DNA of 64,000 nt from Fimbriimonadales bacterium (GTDB lineage: Bacteria > Armatimonadota > Fimbriimonadia > Fimbriimonadales > ATM1), in the NCBI GenBank assembly GCA_051003155.1, contig JBPCLO010000041.1, positions 18,433 through 82,432 on the forward strand, written 5' to 3'. Of the stretch, positions 1 to 9,730 are shown in pieces (the first letter of the stretch is position 1; every line of letters starts with the position of its first letter). The notes beneath the pieces were generated by a model. The model made no database searches, was not told the origin of the DNA, and saw only the letters and a list, made by a program, of their open reading frames with translations. A program made the translations under genes and the position numbers.

Positions 1-1
1 C

Positions 2-613
2 CGAGAGGCGGTGCTGCGCACGGAACAGACAGGGATCATCTTCATCGACGAACTCGATAAAATCGCGGGACGGGAGGGCGGATCGGGCCCAGATGTTTCG
101 CGGGAAGGCGTCCAGCGCGACCTCCTGCCCATTATCGAGGGCTCGACGGTCGCTACCAAATACGGCCCCGTAAAGACCGATCATATTTTATTCATCGGCG
201 CGGGAGCTTTCCATATGAGCAAGCCGAGCGATTTGATACCCGAATTGCAGGGAAGGTTGCCGATTCGCGTGGAGCTTCAATCTTTGGGAGAACAAGACTT
301 AAGGCGTATTTTGCGCGAACCTAAGAATGCCATAACAAAGCAGTACCAGCAGCTTCTTTCCACGGAAGGCGTCGCTTTGGAATTCACGGATGATGCCGTC
401 GAGGAGCTGGCAAGAATGGCGCACGAAGTAAATTCTAGGGCAGAGAACATTGGCGCCAGGAGACTTCACACGGTAATGGAGAAGTTGCTCGAGGATATTA
501 TGTTCGATGCGCCAGAGGTAAAGGAGAGTTCTGTCCGAGTGGATGCGGATCTGGTCAGGGAAAGGCTGAGCGAAATAATTCAAGACGTCGACCTATCGAA
601 GTATATTTTGTGA
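2..613 (+). CDS. hslU: ATP-dependent protease ATPase subunit HslU (5'-truncated by window edge)
   Basis: Motifs [11 protein letters not shown] (Walker B), [27 protein letters not shown] and C-terminal DLSKYIL. Confidence 0.97.
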   Translation, partial: REAVLRTEQTGIIFIDELDKIAGREGGSGPDVSREGVQRDLLPIIEGSTVATKYGPVKTDHILFIGAGAFHMSKPSDLIPELQGRLPIRVELQSLGEQDLRRILREPKNAITKQYQQLLSTEGVALEFTDDAVEELARMAHEVNSRAENIGARRLHTVMEKLLEDIMFDAPEVKESSVRVDADLVRERLSEIIQDVDLSKYIL

Positions 614-2130
614 CATTTGATAAGACTCGCGTAGGATTATTTACGGATATTTTCTCGAGTATCGCGGAGGAGATGGGATCCGTTCTCGAGAGGGTTTCTT
701 TTTCTTCGAATATTAAGGAAAGACGGGATTATTCATGCGCGATTTTCGACGCTGAGGGCAACTTGGCCGCACAGGCTGCGCATATACCGGTTCACTTGGG
801 AGCGATGGAGTTCCTGATGAAGCAGTGGATCGCGACGGGCCCGAGAATGGTAGACGGAAAATTTTACATGACCAACGACCCTTACTTTGCGGGCACGCAT
901 CTGCCTGACATCTCGGTGATTGCACCGGTGGGCTTGGACGGGACGCGCGTCGGATACGTTGCCAGCCGCGCCCACCACTCGGACATTGGTGGCGTGGCCC
1001 CCGGCAGCATGGCCCCCAGCCGGTCCATTCATGAGGAAGGCATAATCATCTCCCCCCAAGAAATGACATCAGCTCTCGCAAACGAGATTGCGAATACTTG
1101 CCGGGGCAAACAGGAACGGATTGCCGACTTGGAGGCCCAGCGTGCAGCGGCGAGCGTTGGTTCGGTGAGAGTTCAGGCCTTGTCATCGAAGTACGGCGCT
1201 GCCCTGAAGAGCCACATTCAGGAGTGTCTCGCATATGCCGAGGAAATGACCCGGGTCGCGCTTGCTGGCTTACCGCCGGGTTCTTACGAGGCCGGGGACC
1301 ACTTGGAAGACGTACCTGGATCGGAGGCGCGTATCAAAGTCAAGATTGAGCTCGACGGCGCCGGCCGAATCAGGTTCGACTTTAGCGGATCGAGCGAGCA
1401 GGTCGCCCTTGGCGTGAACGCGACCGAAGCCGTGACCAGGTCAGCCTGCTATTACGTTGTAAGATGCTTGACACCGGGCGCGCCGACAAACGGCGGGTGT
1501 TGGAAGTCGATCGAAGTATTCGCACCACCAAATAGCATCGTGAACGCTGGCTACCCGGCGCCGGTCGTAGCCGGAAACACGGAGACAAGCCAGTGTATCG
1601 CCGGTGTTATTCTGCAAGCGCTGCCTGGGCCGATGCCTGCCTGCAGCCAAGGCACAATGAACAATGTTGCATTTGGGACCGATCGCTGGGCGTACTATGA
1701 GACTATCGGTGGCGGCGCTGGGGCGGGCCCTGTGCGTAACGGCGCGAGCGGGGTCCATACCCACATGACAAACACGCGCAATACACCTGTCGAAGCGCTG
1801 GAGCTCGAGTTACCGATTCGCGTGCTCGAATACGAACTCAGGGCCGGATCGGGCGGGGATGGTTCACACGAGGGCGGCGAAGGGGTCGTGCGTTCGTTTC
1901 AGGCATTAGAGCCCGGTATCACATGCAGTTTGATGACCGACAGGCGATCCTGTGGACCCCCAGGGATCGAGGGTGGAGGGCCTGGTTTGCCCGGCCGAAA
2001 CGCCTTGATTCGGGGAGATAAGGAAACCGATATCGACTCCAAAGCGCAGATCGAGTTGCAGCAGGGTGACATTGTGCGAATCGAGACACCGGGCGGCGGT
2101 GGTTGGGGGCCGTTCGACAAGCAACCTTGA
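610..2130 (+). CDS. Hydantoinase B/oxoprolinase family protein
   Basis: [45 protein letters not shown] and ETPGGGGWG motifs; GTG start overlaps the hslU stop. Confidence 0.93.
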   Translation: MTFDKTRVGLFTDIFSSIAEEMGSVLERVSFSSNIKERRDYSCAIFDAEGNLAAQAAHIPVHLGAMEFLMKQWIATGPRMVDGKFYMTNDPYFAGTHLPDISVIAPVGLDGTRVGYVASRAHHSDIGGVAPGSMAPSRSIHEEGIIISPQEMTSALANEIANTCRGKQERIADLEAQRAAASVGSVRVQALSSKYGAALKSHIQECLAYAEEMTRVALAGLPPGSYEAGDHLEDVPGSEARIKVKIELDGAGRIRFDFSGSSEQVALGVNATEAVTRSACYYVVRCLTPGAPTNGGCWKSIEVFAPPNSIVNAGYPAPVVAGNTETSQCIAGVILQALPGPMPACSQGTMNNVAFGTDRWAYYETIGGGAGAGPVRNGASGVHTHMTNTRNTPVEALELELPIRVLEYELRAGSGGDGSHEGGEGVVRSFQALEPGITCSLMTDRRSCGPPGIEGGGPGLPGRNALIRGDKETDIDSKAQIELQQGDIVRIETPGGGGWGPFDKQP

Positions 2131-2223
2131 ACCTAGAACAGGTACAATTTCATCTCGCGACAAGAGTCCGTGGGCATTCCACGAACGTCCCTATCTCGGG
2201 CGTCTAGCGTCGCAACTACACCG

Positions 2224-4263
2224 ATGCCTAAAGAGAACGAAAAGCCCCAAGCCGAGCAGTCCGAAAGCCAGGAAACCGGTAAAATGGGCAAGCAGGTTCA
2301 GTCCGATTACACCTCTGAGAACATACAGGTCCTGGAAGGGCTCGAAGCCGTGCGCCAGCGGCCGTCGATGTACATCGGCGATACCGGCGCTCGCGGTTTG
2401 CACCACCTGTTCAACGAGGTCTTGGACAACTCGATCGACGAGGCTCTCGCCGGGCATTGCGACACGATCGTTTGCATTCTCCACGCCGATAACACATTGA
2501 GCATTCAGGATAACGGGCGCGGCATCCCGGTGGACATCCACGAAAAGTACGGCGTGTCGGCCTTGCAGATCGTAATGTGCACGCTCCACGCCGGTGGCAA
2601 ATTCGGTGGGGGCGGTTACCATGTTTCCGGCGGGCTCCACGGTGTCGGCGTCTCTTGCGTAAACGCGCTTTCCGAGTGGTGCGAGGTCACGGTCGAGCGG
2701 GGAGGAAAAAAGTATTTCCAAAAGTATCACCGTGGTGCGCCCGAATCCGATGTCAAGGAAATCGGGACGACGAAGCGTCGAGGAACCACCACCCGATGGG
2801 TGGCTGACTCGACAGTTTTCGAAACCGCGGAGTACGACCCGAAGAGGTTCAAGGAAAGAATTAGAGAATTAGCCTACTTAAACCCCGTCGTCACCTTTTA
2901 TTTCGTTAGCGAGCAGAACGAGGAAGATAACGAGACGTTCCATTTTAGCGACGGAATCAAGGCCCTTGTCGAGAACGTGAACGAAGCACATGATTCGGTT
3001 CACAAAACGATTTATTTCAAGCGGACGAAGGACGATCTTGAAGCGGAAGCGGCTCTACAATATCACTCCGGTTACAAGGAAACGCTGCTCACTTTTGCGA
3101 ATAACATCAACACGATCGAAGGTGGCACACATGCAACCGGCGCTAAGACTGCCCTGACGCGAGTAATCAACGCGTACGCCCGCAAAATGAATTTGCTGAA
3201 GGAAAAGGAAGCCAATTTTCTTGGTGAAGATGTGCGGGGCGGCCTGACGATGGTCGTCGCAGTGAAGCTCCTGCACCCGCAATTCGAGGGCCAAACCAAA
3301 ACGAAACTCGGAAATAGCGAGGTCGAGGGTCTGGTGAATTCGATCGTAGGCGAATCACTATCGGAGTTTTTTGACGAGAATCCCGCGGTCGCGAAAAGAA
3401 TTGTCGAAAAGGCGGTTCTCGAGCAGCGCGCCCGAGAAGCCGCGAGAAAGGCCGCCGAGGCCGTTAAGCGAAGCGGCGCCGTCGAGTCTTACGGCCTCGC
3501 AGGCAAGCTCTCCGATTGCATCGAGAAAGATCCGACGAGAACCGAGCTATTTATCGTCGAGGGTGATTCCGCGGCCGGTCCTGCGAAGGGTGCCCGCGAC
3601 CGTCGTACGCAGGCCGTTTTGCCGATCAAGGGCAAAATCCTCAACGTGGAGCGCGCGCGAGTCGACAAGGCGCTCGACAACGAAGAAATTAAGGCGCTTA
3701 TTTCCAGCCTCGGAACTGGAATCGACTATTCGATCGGACGAGAACACGACACAAACGGCGATTCGAACGGACGCAATGGAGGAGACGGCTTCGACCTCTC
3801 GAAGCTCCGCTATGGAAAGGTGATTATTCTGACAGACGCCGATGTCGATGGCGAGCACATCCGCACACTTCTCCTCACATTTTTCTATCGGTACATGAAG
3901 CCACTGTTGGAAAATGACAAGATCTTCTTGGCCAAGCCGCCTCTGTTTACCATTCAGGCCGGCAAAGATGAGCGTTATTATGCGCAGGATGAAGCCGAGC
4001 GAGACCAGATCTTGAAGGGCCTCAAAAAAAAGGACGTTCGCGTCACGCGGTTCAAGGGGTTGGGCGAAATGGACGCGGAGCAGCTTGAAGAGACTGCAAT
4101 GAATCCAGTCAGCCGAACGCTCGTACAAATCGGCCTGGACAAGGAAAACGAAGCCGAGACAGAGCGTATGTTTTCCAGGTTAATGGGCGAGAAGGTCGAA
4201 CCACGCCGCGAGTTCATCGAGAAGCACGCCAAGGAAGTTACCGATCTCGACTGGCACTACTAG
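2224..4263 (+). CDS. gyrB: DNA gyrase subunit B (start approximate; ATG 2224 or 2284)
   Basis: EGLEAVRQRPSMYIG, GHKL ATPase motifs (DNGRGIP, GGLHGVG), Toprim VEGDSA and DADVDG, FKGLGEM. Confidence 0.95.
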   Translation: MPKENEKPQAEQSESQETGKMGKQVQSDYTSENIQVLEGLEAVRQRPSMYIGDTGARGLHHLFNEVLDNSIDEALAGHCDTIVCILHADNTLSIQDNGRGIPVDIHEKYGVSALQIVMCTLHAGGKFGGGGYHVSGGLHGVGVSCVNALSEWCEVTVERGGKKYFQKYHRGAPESDVKEIGTTKRRGTTTRWVADSTVFETAEYDPKRFKERIRELAYLNPVVTFYFVSEQNEEDNETFHFSDGIKALVENVNEAHDSVHKTIYFKRTKDDLEAEAALQYHSGYKETLLTFANNINTIEGGTHATGAKTALTRVINAYARKMNLLKEKEANFLGEDVRGGLTMVVAVKLLHPQFEGQTKTKLGNSEVEGLVNSIVGESLSEFFDENPAVAKRIVEKAVLEQRAREAARKAAEAVKRSGAVESYGLAGKLSDCIEKDPTRTELFIVEGDSAAGPAKGARDRRTQAVLPIKGKILNVERARVDKALDNEEIKALISSLGTGIDYSIGREHDTNGDSNGRNGGDGFDLSKLRYGKVIILTDADVDGEHIRTLLLTFFYRYMKPLLENDKIFLAKPPLFTIQAGKDERYYAQDEAERDQILKGLKKKDVRVTRFKGLGEMDAEQLEETAMNPVSRTLVQIGLDKENEAETERMFSRLMGEKVEPRREFIEKHAKEVTDLDWHY

Positions 4264-4288
4264 TTCGACTTTGAGGTAGCTTCGCATA

Positions 4289-4735
4289 GTGCCGATAATC
4301 GAACTGAGGAATACAATCGACGCGCCGGTCCAGCGGGTGGTAGAAATCGCGCGCGACGTGGAGCGCTTCTCCGAGTTCATGCCCGACGTGAAATCTGTCA
4401 AGATCATCGACCAGAGCGATGACGGGACGACGCAACAGACCGAGTGGGTGGGGATCATCAAGCAGTTTTCACGTGAAATCGCATGGACCCAAGAGGACGT
4501 TTGGCACGAGGACGCAAACCGCATCGATTTCCATCAGGTCAAAGGAGATTACGACAAGATGGAGGGCTACTGGCAGTTCAACGAAGTGGGCGGCAAGACT
4601 GAGTTCGTCAACTATCTGGATTACGAATACAAAGTTCCGCTGCTCGGAGCGCTCGTCACGAAGGTCGTGGATTTCCTGGTTAGGCAAAACCTGAACAGCA
4701 TAATGGACGGCATCGAGAAGCGCTCGACCCGCTAA
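4289..4735 (+). CDS. SRPBCC/polyketide cyclase-dehydrase (Coq10/RatA-like) family protein
   Basis: IDAPVQRV..IARDVERFSEFMP and IDFHQVKGD..MEGYW are typical of the START/SRPBCC fold. Confidence 0.85.
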   Translation: MPIIELRNTIDAPVQRVVEIARDVERFSEFMPDVKSVKIIDQSDDGTTQQTEWVGIIKQFSREIAWTQEDVWHEDANRIDFHQVKGDYDKMEGYWQFNEVGGKTEFVNYLDYEYKVPLLGALVTKVVDFLVRQNLNSIMDGIEKRSTR

Positions 4736-7293
4736 CCCTCCGTCTCAAGCCAATTGGGTCCAAGGCTGGCGTCGACCTCGACCGGAACGTCGAGCGGTAA
4801 TGCCGTTTCCATCGCCTCCTTAAGCTGCGGAACCAGGTCCTCTTCGCCGGCGGCCAGCTCGAACAGCAGCTCGTCGTGCACCTGCAGGATCATCCGCGTA
4901 CTCTTCGACTCAAGTAATGGGCGGATTTTGATCATCGCCAGCTTGATCATGTCCGCGGACCCGCCCTGCAGGGGTGCGTTCATCGCCTGCCTCTCGGCGT
5001 AGTGCCTCGCCATGCGATTGCCGGCATAGATGTCTTGGAAATAACGCCGCCTGCCACAAATGGTGGCGGTAAAACCCTTGGATCGAGCCTCCTCCAGAGT
5101 TGTGTCGATGTACTCGCGCACCTTCGGAAACCGCTCGAAGTAGTTCGCAATCAGCGTCTTGGCCTCAGAAATCGTGAATTCACCGCCCAGTTGGTTCGCC
5201 AATCCGAAATCGGTCACGCCGTAGAGAACCGCGTAGTTCAGCATCTTCGAGTACCGCCTGTGCTCGCGGTTCACGTTGCCCACAGGCTCGTTCCACATAA
5301 GCGACGCAGTAACTGCGTGCACATCGGTACCGGATTCGAATGCCTTGACCAGTGCCGGCTCGGCGCAATGGTGCGCCAGAAAACGAAGCTCGATTTGCGA
5401 ATAATCCAGCGAGGCGAGTTTGTAGCCCGGCGCGGGGATGAACGCCCGCCGGATCTCGCGACCCGTCTCGGTCCGAATCGGAATGTTCTGCAGGTTTGGA
5501 TAGTTGCTGCTTAGGCGGCCCGTAGCGGCCACGTGCTGCGCATAGGTCGTGTGAATCCGCCCGTCCCCGGCAACGTACTTCGGCAGCGAATCGGCGTAGG
5601 TGTTTTTCAGCTTGGAAAGCTCCCGCCAGTTTAGTATCTCGCGGCATATGTCATGTTCTGGAGCGAGCTGCTGCAAAACCTCGACCCCCGTCGCGTATCC
5701 TGTCTTCGTCTTCTTCCCTGAAGGAATGCACAGCTTGTCGAACAAGATCTTGCCGAGCTGCATCGGCGAGCCTATGTTGAACGTTTCTCCCGCGAGTTCA
5801 TAGACGAGTTGCTCGATCTGGCCGATCTGCACCGACAGGCTCTTGCCGAACTCTTCGAGCATGCCGACATCCACCGCTACGCCCGTGTTTTCCATCTCTG
5901 CGATGACTGGCACCAGGGGCAGCTCGATGCCCGCGTAGACCTTCCATTGGTCTTCCAAATGCAGCCGGTCGGTCAGAGGCTTCTCCAGCCGCGAAATAGC
6001 CGAAGCTTTTTCGGCAGGGGTCTGCGGCGGTTGCTCCTCCAAGTAGCCCTGCGCCAGATCCTCGATCACATAGTTCGAGCGCGCGCTTTGAAGCACATAG
6101 GCGGAAAGGATCGCGTCGAACCCCGGAACTACATAGCTCGCCGCCTTGCGAAGCATCGCCTTCGAGTCGTGAAACGCCAGTTCGCCCCCGCGCTCGGCTA
6201 CCAAACGCGACAACGATTTCGGCTCGACCTCCAGCGCTTCCAAGCCCACGGCTACCGCTGCACCTTCCGTATCCTCGAACGCAGCGGCGTGCCGGTCCCC
6301 GATCCAAGCTATCACGTCCTCGTACGATGCCACGCGCCCCACCGAGACCTTGGCCTTCTCGATCTCGACCGAGACCGGCTCCTCGGAGAAGAGATTCGGC
6401 TGGCCGCCCTGGCGGTAGGGGCCTAGAACGAGCGGCAGCCGCTTCGTGTGCATCCGAAACTCCAGGCTCTCGAGCATTCGCTGCGCCGCGTCGATCTGCG
6501 TGTCGGCGACGCCGTACGGCTGGTAGTCAAACGTTACCGGTGCGTCGCGCACGATAGTCGCCAGCCACTTGGACCGAGGCATCTGCCCGAGGCTCGGCTC
6601 CAGTTTCTTTCGGACTTTCTCGTCGATCTCGTCGTACCGGTCGATCATCTGTTCGATCGTCCCGAAGTCCTGGATCAGCTTGCTCGCGGTTTTCGGACCG
6701 ACGCCGGGGACGCCGGGAATATTGTCGCTGCTGTCGCCGACGAGCGCCTTGTAATCGGGCAACAGCTCAGGCCCGAAGCCGTATCGCTCGATCACTGCGG
6801 GAACGTCGTAGTAGACCACGTCGGTCACGCCGGTCCGCGTCGTCATGACCGTCACGCACGCGTCGACGAGCTGCAGAGAATCGAGGTCGCCGGTCACGAC
6901 GACGCTGTCGTAGCCGTTCTTCTCGGCGTCCAGCGTGACGGTGCCGATGATGTCGTCGGCCTCGAAACCGGCTAGCTCCAGCTGCGGGATTCCGAGGGCG
7001 GTAATCAGCTCGCGCGAGCCGGCGAGTTGCGCGCTCAGCTCGTCCGGGGCCTTGGCCCGCGTGCCCTTATACTCGGCGTACTCCTCGTCGCGGAACGTCT
7101 TGCCGGGCGCGTCGAAGGCGACGAGAATGCTGTCGGGCCGCTCGTTTTCCAGGATGTTGTAGAGCATGCTCACGAGGCCGAACAGCGCGTTCGTCGGCCG
7201 GCCGTCGCTGGTGCTGAGATACCGCGTGCCGAAAAACGCCCGAAACAGCAGGCTGTATCCATCGATGACGACGAGCTTCTTGTTCTTGGGCAC
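4732..7293 (-). CDS. polA: DNA polymerase I
   Basis: N-terminal 5'-3' exonuclease (IDGYSLLFRAF, EADD, GDSSDNIPGVPGVG); family A motifs ATGRLSS, DYSQIELR, QVHDEL. Confidence 0.98.
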   Translation of the reverse strand: MPKNKKLVVIDGYSLLFRAFFGTRYLSTSDGRPTNALFGLVSMLYNILENERPDSILVAFDAPGKTFRDEEYAEYKGTRAKAPDELSAQLAGSRELITALGIPQLELAGFEADDIIGTVTLDAEKNGYDSVVVTGDLDSLQLVDACVTVMTTRTGVTDVVYYDVPAVIERYGFGPELLPDYKALVGDSSDNIPGVPGVGPKTASKLIQDFGTIEQMIDRYDEIDEKVRKKLEPSLGQMPRSKWLATIVRDAPVTFDYQPYGVADTQIDAAQRMLESLEFRMHTKRLPLVLGPYRQGGQPNLFSEEPVSVEIEKAKVSVGRVASYEDVIAWIGDRHAAAFEDTEGAAVAVGLEALEVEPKSLSRLVAERGGELAFHDSKAMLRKAASYVVPGFDAILSAYVLQSARSNYVIEDLAQGYLEEQPPQTPAEKASAISRLEKPLTDRLHLEDQWKVYAGIELPLVPVIAEMENTGVAVDVGMLEEFGKSLSVQIGQIEQLVYELAGETFNIGSPMQLGKILFDKLCIPSGKKTKTGYATGVEVLQQLAPEHDICREILNWRELSKLKNTYADSLPKYVAGDGRIHTTYAQHVAATGRLSSNYPNLQNIPIRTETGREIRRAFIPAPGYKLASLDYSQIELRFLAHHCAEPALVKAFESGTDVHAVTASLMWNEPVGNVNREHRRYSKMLNYAVLYGVTDFGLANQLGGEFTISEAKTLIANYFERFPKVREYIDTTLEEARSKGFTATICGRRRYFQDIYAGNRMARHYAERQAMNAPLQGGSADMIKLAMIKIRPLLESKSTRMILQVHDELLFELAAGEEDLVPQLKEAMETALPLDVPVEVDASLGPNWLETEG

Positions 7294-7352
7294 GGCTTCG
7301 GGGAATCTTACCTACGGAGGTCGAGTCGTCCTCGCGAGACCTTAACTTCGCG

Positions 7353-7564
7353 CTAGCGCCTGCGCGTGGGCCAGAGGAAGTGAATAGACACACCGGCAAG
7401 GACGGCCAGAAAGCCACGGGTGCAAATCAGCCGCTGCCCCCACGGCTGATCAATCCTTTTCAAGCCGAATGCCATAAGACCAGGGCCCACGCTGACGAGT
7501 ACGCTGCCTACACGAGTACGCTGCCTACGATGATGGCGGGCCAATTGACCTCTTTCCTGTCCAC
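7353..7564 (-). pseudogene. Small two-TM membrane protein gene disrupted by a 17-bp tandem duplication
   Basis: Removing one copy of ACGAGTACGCTGCCTAC (7495-7511/7512-7528) restores a 64-aa ORF, MDRKEVNWPAIIVGSVLVSVGPGLMAFGLKRIDQPWGQRLICTRGFLAVLAGVSIHFLWPTRRR, starting directly after the upstream stop. Confidence 0.6.
7495..7528. repeat. Perfect 17-bp tandem duplication
   Basis: ACGAGTACGCTGCCTAC x2, directly visible. Confidence 0.95.
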
Positions 7565-7915
7565 CTACGGAGTCGTCGACACCTGCACGATGTCGGACCA
7601 GTCGCCGATCGGGGTGTCGCCGTCCAGGTACCGAGCGCGGTACTTGCGAACCTCCGACTGGCCCGCGACGAGCGGGGGCCGCGTGTCGATATACGGAGCA
7701 AACGCGTCGTTCCCGAGAACCGTCCACCCGGTCTCGCCGCCGCGCTGGCTCTCAATCTGTATGCCGTCGTAGTTCTGCTTGCTGAACCCCACCGCGACCT
7801 CGCTGTTAGGCCCCGCGGCAGCCTTCAGCTCGAGCGGGTCCGTGCCGGGGACGCTGGCGGGCGATTCGATGCCCACGAACGCACCTTCCGCTCTGGGGAG
7901 CCATAAAGTAGCCAT
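7565..7915 (-). CDS. Hypothetical protein, beta-rich (Ig/FnIII-like C-terminal region)
   Basis: 116-aa ORF with coding-like composition, ending YIDTRP...RKYRARYLDGDTPIGDWSDIVQVST. Confidence 0.7.
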   Translation of the reverse strand: MATLWLPRAEGAFVGIESPASVPGTDPLELKAAAGPNSEVAVGFSKQNYDGIQIESQRGGETGWTVLGNDAFAPYIDTRPPLVAGQSEVRKYRARYLDGDTPIGDWSDIVQVSTTP

Positions 7916-7998
7916 GCGCACAGTATGGCCCATCCAACAGCCTGGCGCAGGGGCCCGTCCCCTCGCCACAACGGATAGAAACCGCGCCTACGACCCGA

Positions 7999-8472
7999 TT
8001 AGGCGAAGCCCCTCAGCGGGTCCTGAGGATCAATTGGCCGCTGAATCACCCAGTCAGCTCCGGACATCCAAGCTCCTTCAACGGCCGCGTCGCTAGCCTC
8101 AACGACGGTGACAACAGTGGGCCTGGGCACAGGCCAATGCATATCTAAACGCTTGCAGATCGCCGGATCGTCAGTAAGCACCACGTCGCAGCGCATCCCC
8201 CCGGCCAAGAAGATATCCAACAAGCCTCCACAGTCGGTCGTTTCCCATCCGAGTCTATGGAAAGCGTGGATAAATGCGGCTACTTCAAAGTGTTCTAGGA
8301 GATCGACGAGGATCGATCGCTGGCCATGTTCGCCTGGCTCACCAAGGGCGATCCGCAGCTTTGGCGGAGGAACGCGGCGCTCTCCTAGAGGTTCAGGCTC
8401 TGGCCCGGAGTTCACCACCTCATTATGAATCCTGACGGCGGTCTTGACGCGGGGCGCGCGGGAGTGCCCCAT
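7999..8472 (-). CDS. Hypothetical protein with degenerate response-regulator receiver-like domain
   Basis: CDVVLTD and GADWVIQRP resemble receiver beta3 and the C-terminal GAxxxxxKP; start uncertain. Confidence 0.55.
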   Translation of the reverse strand: MGHSRAPRVKTAVRIHNEVVNSGPEPEPLGERRVPPPKLRIALGEPGEHGQRSILVDLLEHFEVAAFIHAFHRLGWETTDCGGLLDIFLAGGMRCDVVLTDDPAICKRLDMHWPVPRPTVVTVVEASDAAVEGAWMSGADWVIQRPIDPQDPLRGFA

Positions 8473-8571
8473 GAGATTGGACTTTGAAGCTCGCCAGACC
8501 GCCTAATTGGGCCAGCAAATTTAAGGGCGACGACCAGGCACGTTGGGCCGTGCGGACTTCGGAGACGACAT

Positions 8572-8634
8572 CCCTGAGATTCGGGCGCCGGATCGGGTTG
8601 CGATCGGAAATGGGTTGCCCGATTTCAGGGGCAC
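8572..8634. repeat. Palindromic REP/MITE-like element (CCCTGAGAT..CGGG / CCCGATTTCAGGGGCAC)
   Basis: Imperfect ~14-bp inverted repeat; the same arm sequence recurs at 44998-45143. Confidence 0.6.
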
Positions 8635-8709
8635 CCCCGGAAATCTTGGCTATCTGAAGCTGCGCCCTCCAGGGGCTGCCGACCGGTATCGGTATACTCC
8701 ACTCCCGGC

Positions 8710-8795
8710 GCCGAAGTGGCGGAATGGCAGACGCGGCGGTCTCAAAAACCGTTGGGGGCAACCCCGTGCGGGTTCGACTCCCGCCTTCGGCACCA
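8710..8795 (+). tRNA. tRNA-Leu (CAA)
   Basis: Acceptor GCCGAAG/CTTCGGC + ACCA, D-loop GGAATGGCAGAC, anticodon loop CTCAAAA, long variable arm, T-loop GGTTCGACTCC; TATACT -10 at 8693-8698. Confidence 0.97.
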
Positions 8796-8917
8796 GAGCA
8801 TCCTGCATTTGTGGGAGAATCCTGATACAATCTCGACCGGCGCTAACTTTCATTGCGGGGGATTGCGTCATTCGATTAGTCCGAGTGCCACGAAGCATTG
8901 CGAACTGCGACCGAACA

Positions 8918-9610
8918 ATGCTGACATCTGCGGTTCCGGCCCTGGTCTTGCTCATCGGTTCACCCAGCGAACCGATGCCGCGCTACGCCGACGCGTCTTT
9001 CTTGGATTACTACGCCCAAGCAGTCGCATCCGAGAAGACCGAGCCCCGCAAAGCGCTCGCGATGCTCGAGCTCATGCTGATCCCGCAGGATTCTGCGGTG
9101 GCGCCCGATTACTCGGCTGTTCCCGAGCACTTGCGCTCGAATTACGCGGCCGCGGTCGATAGAGCCCTCGGCCTATGGGGGGACGCCTTGGGCGAGGATT
9201 TCCCGATGTACCTTGCTTCCCAATCATGGGGCGAGTCAGCTTTCACCCTCAAATTCGTCGATCATATCGCGGGCGGCCCAAACGACCAAAAGGGCGAGAT
9301 CTTCGTGAAGCGCAAGGTCCGCTGGGGTCGCGACTTCCACTTCGGCGAAGTGACGGGCTCGCTCACGGTAGTCAAGTTCGGAATCCGCAACGAGTTCATG
9401 AGCGGAAAAGAGGTTCAGCACGTCGTGGCTCACGAGTTGGGCCACGCGTTCGGCCTTGCCGACTGCGACGATTTGAACCGGATAATGGGCCCGGTCGTGC
9501 TCGGAAACCCGTTCGCGCGGCTTCATCCTGACGAGGTCGCAAAGGTCAGGTCCATTCGCGCGGCGATCCGGTCGGAAATATCCCTTCTAAAGAAGCGCGT
9601 ACTACCGTAA
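8918..9610 (+). CDS. Secreted matrixin-like (metzincin) zinc metalloprotease
   Basis: HELGHAFGLAD zinc motif followed by a Met-turn (RIMGP); hydrophobic N-terminus. The track start at 8543 runs through the tRNA and is rejected. Confidence 0.8.
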   Translation: MLTSAVPALVLLIGSPSEPMPRYADASFLDYYAQAVASEKTEPRKALAMLELMLIPQDSAVAPDYSAVPEHLRSNYAAAVDRALGLWGDALGEDFPMYLASQSWGESAFTLKFVDHIAGGPNDQKGEIFVKRKVRWGRDFHFGEVTGSLTVVKFGIRNEFMSGKEVQHVVAHELGHAFGLADCDDLNRIMGPVVLGNPFARLHPDEVAKVRSIRAAIRSEISLLKKRVLP

Positions 9611-9730
9611 CGTGAACGGGGGCGGAACGTCCGCATTCTAAGGAAACATCGGTTGCGTAAACCGGGGATTTGTCGTACAATTAACATAGCGCTCCGCCAG
9701 TTTGCGCGGCGGGGGCGCAGGAGGATTCAG

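Noticed and set aside
8710..8795. tRNA as integration site for a genomic island
   Set aside because: No integrase and no duplicated tRNA 3' end seen in the window.
8543..8917. Long N-terminal extension of the metalloprotease ORF, and ORFs 8423-8830 and 8716-9162
   Set aside because: They run through the tRNA-Leu gene; ATG 8918 gives a sensible exported protein.
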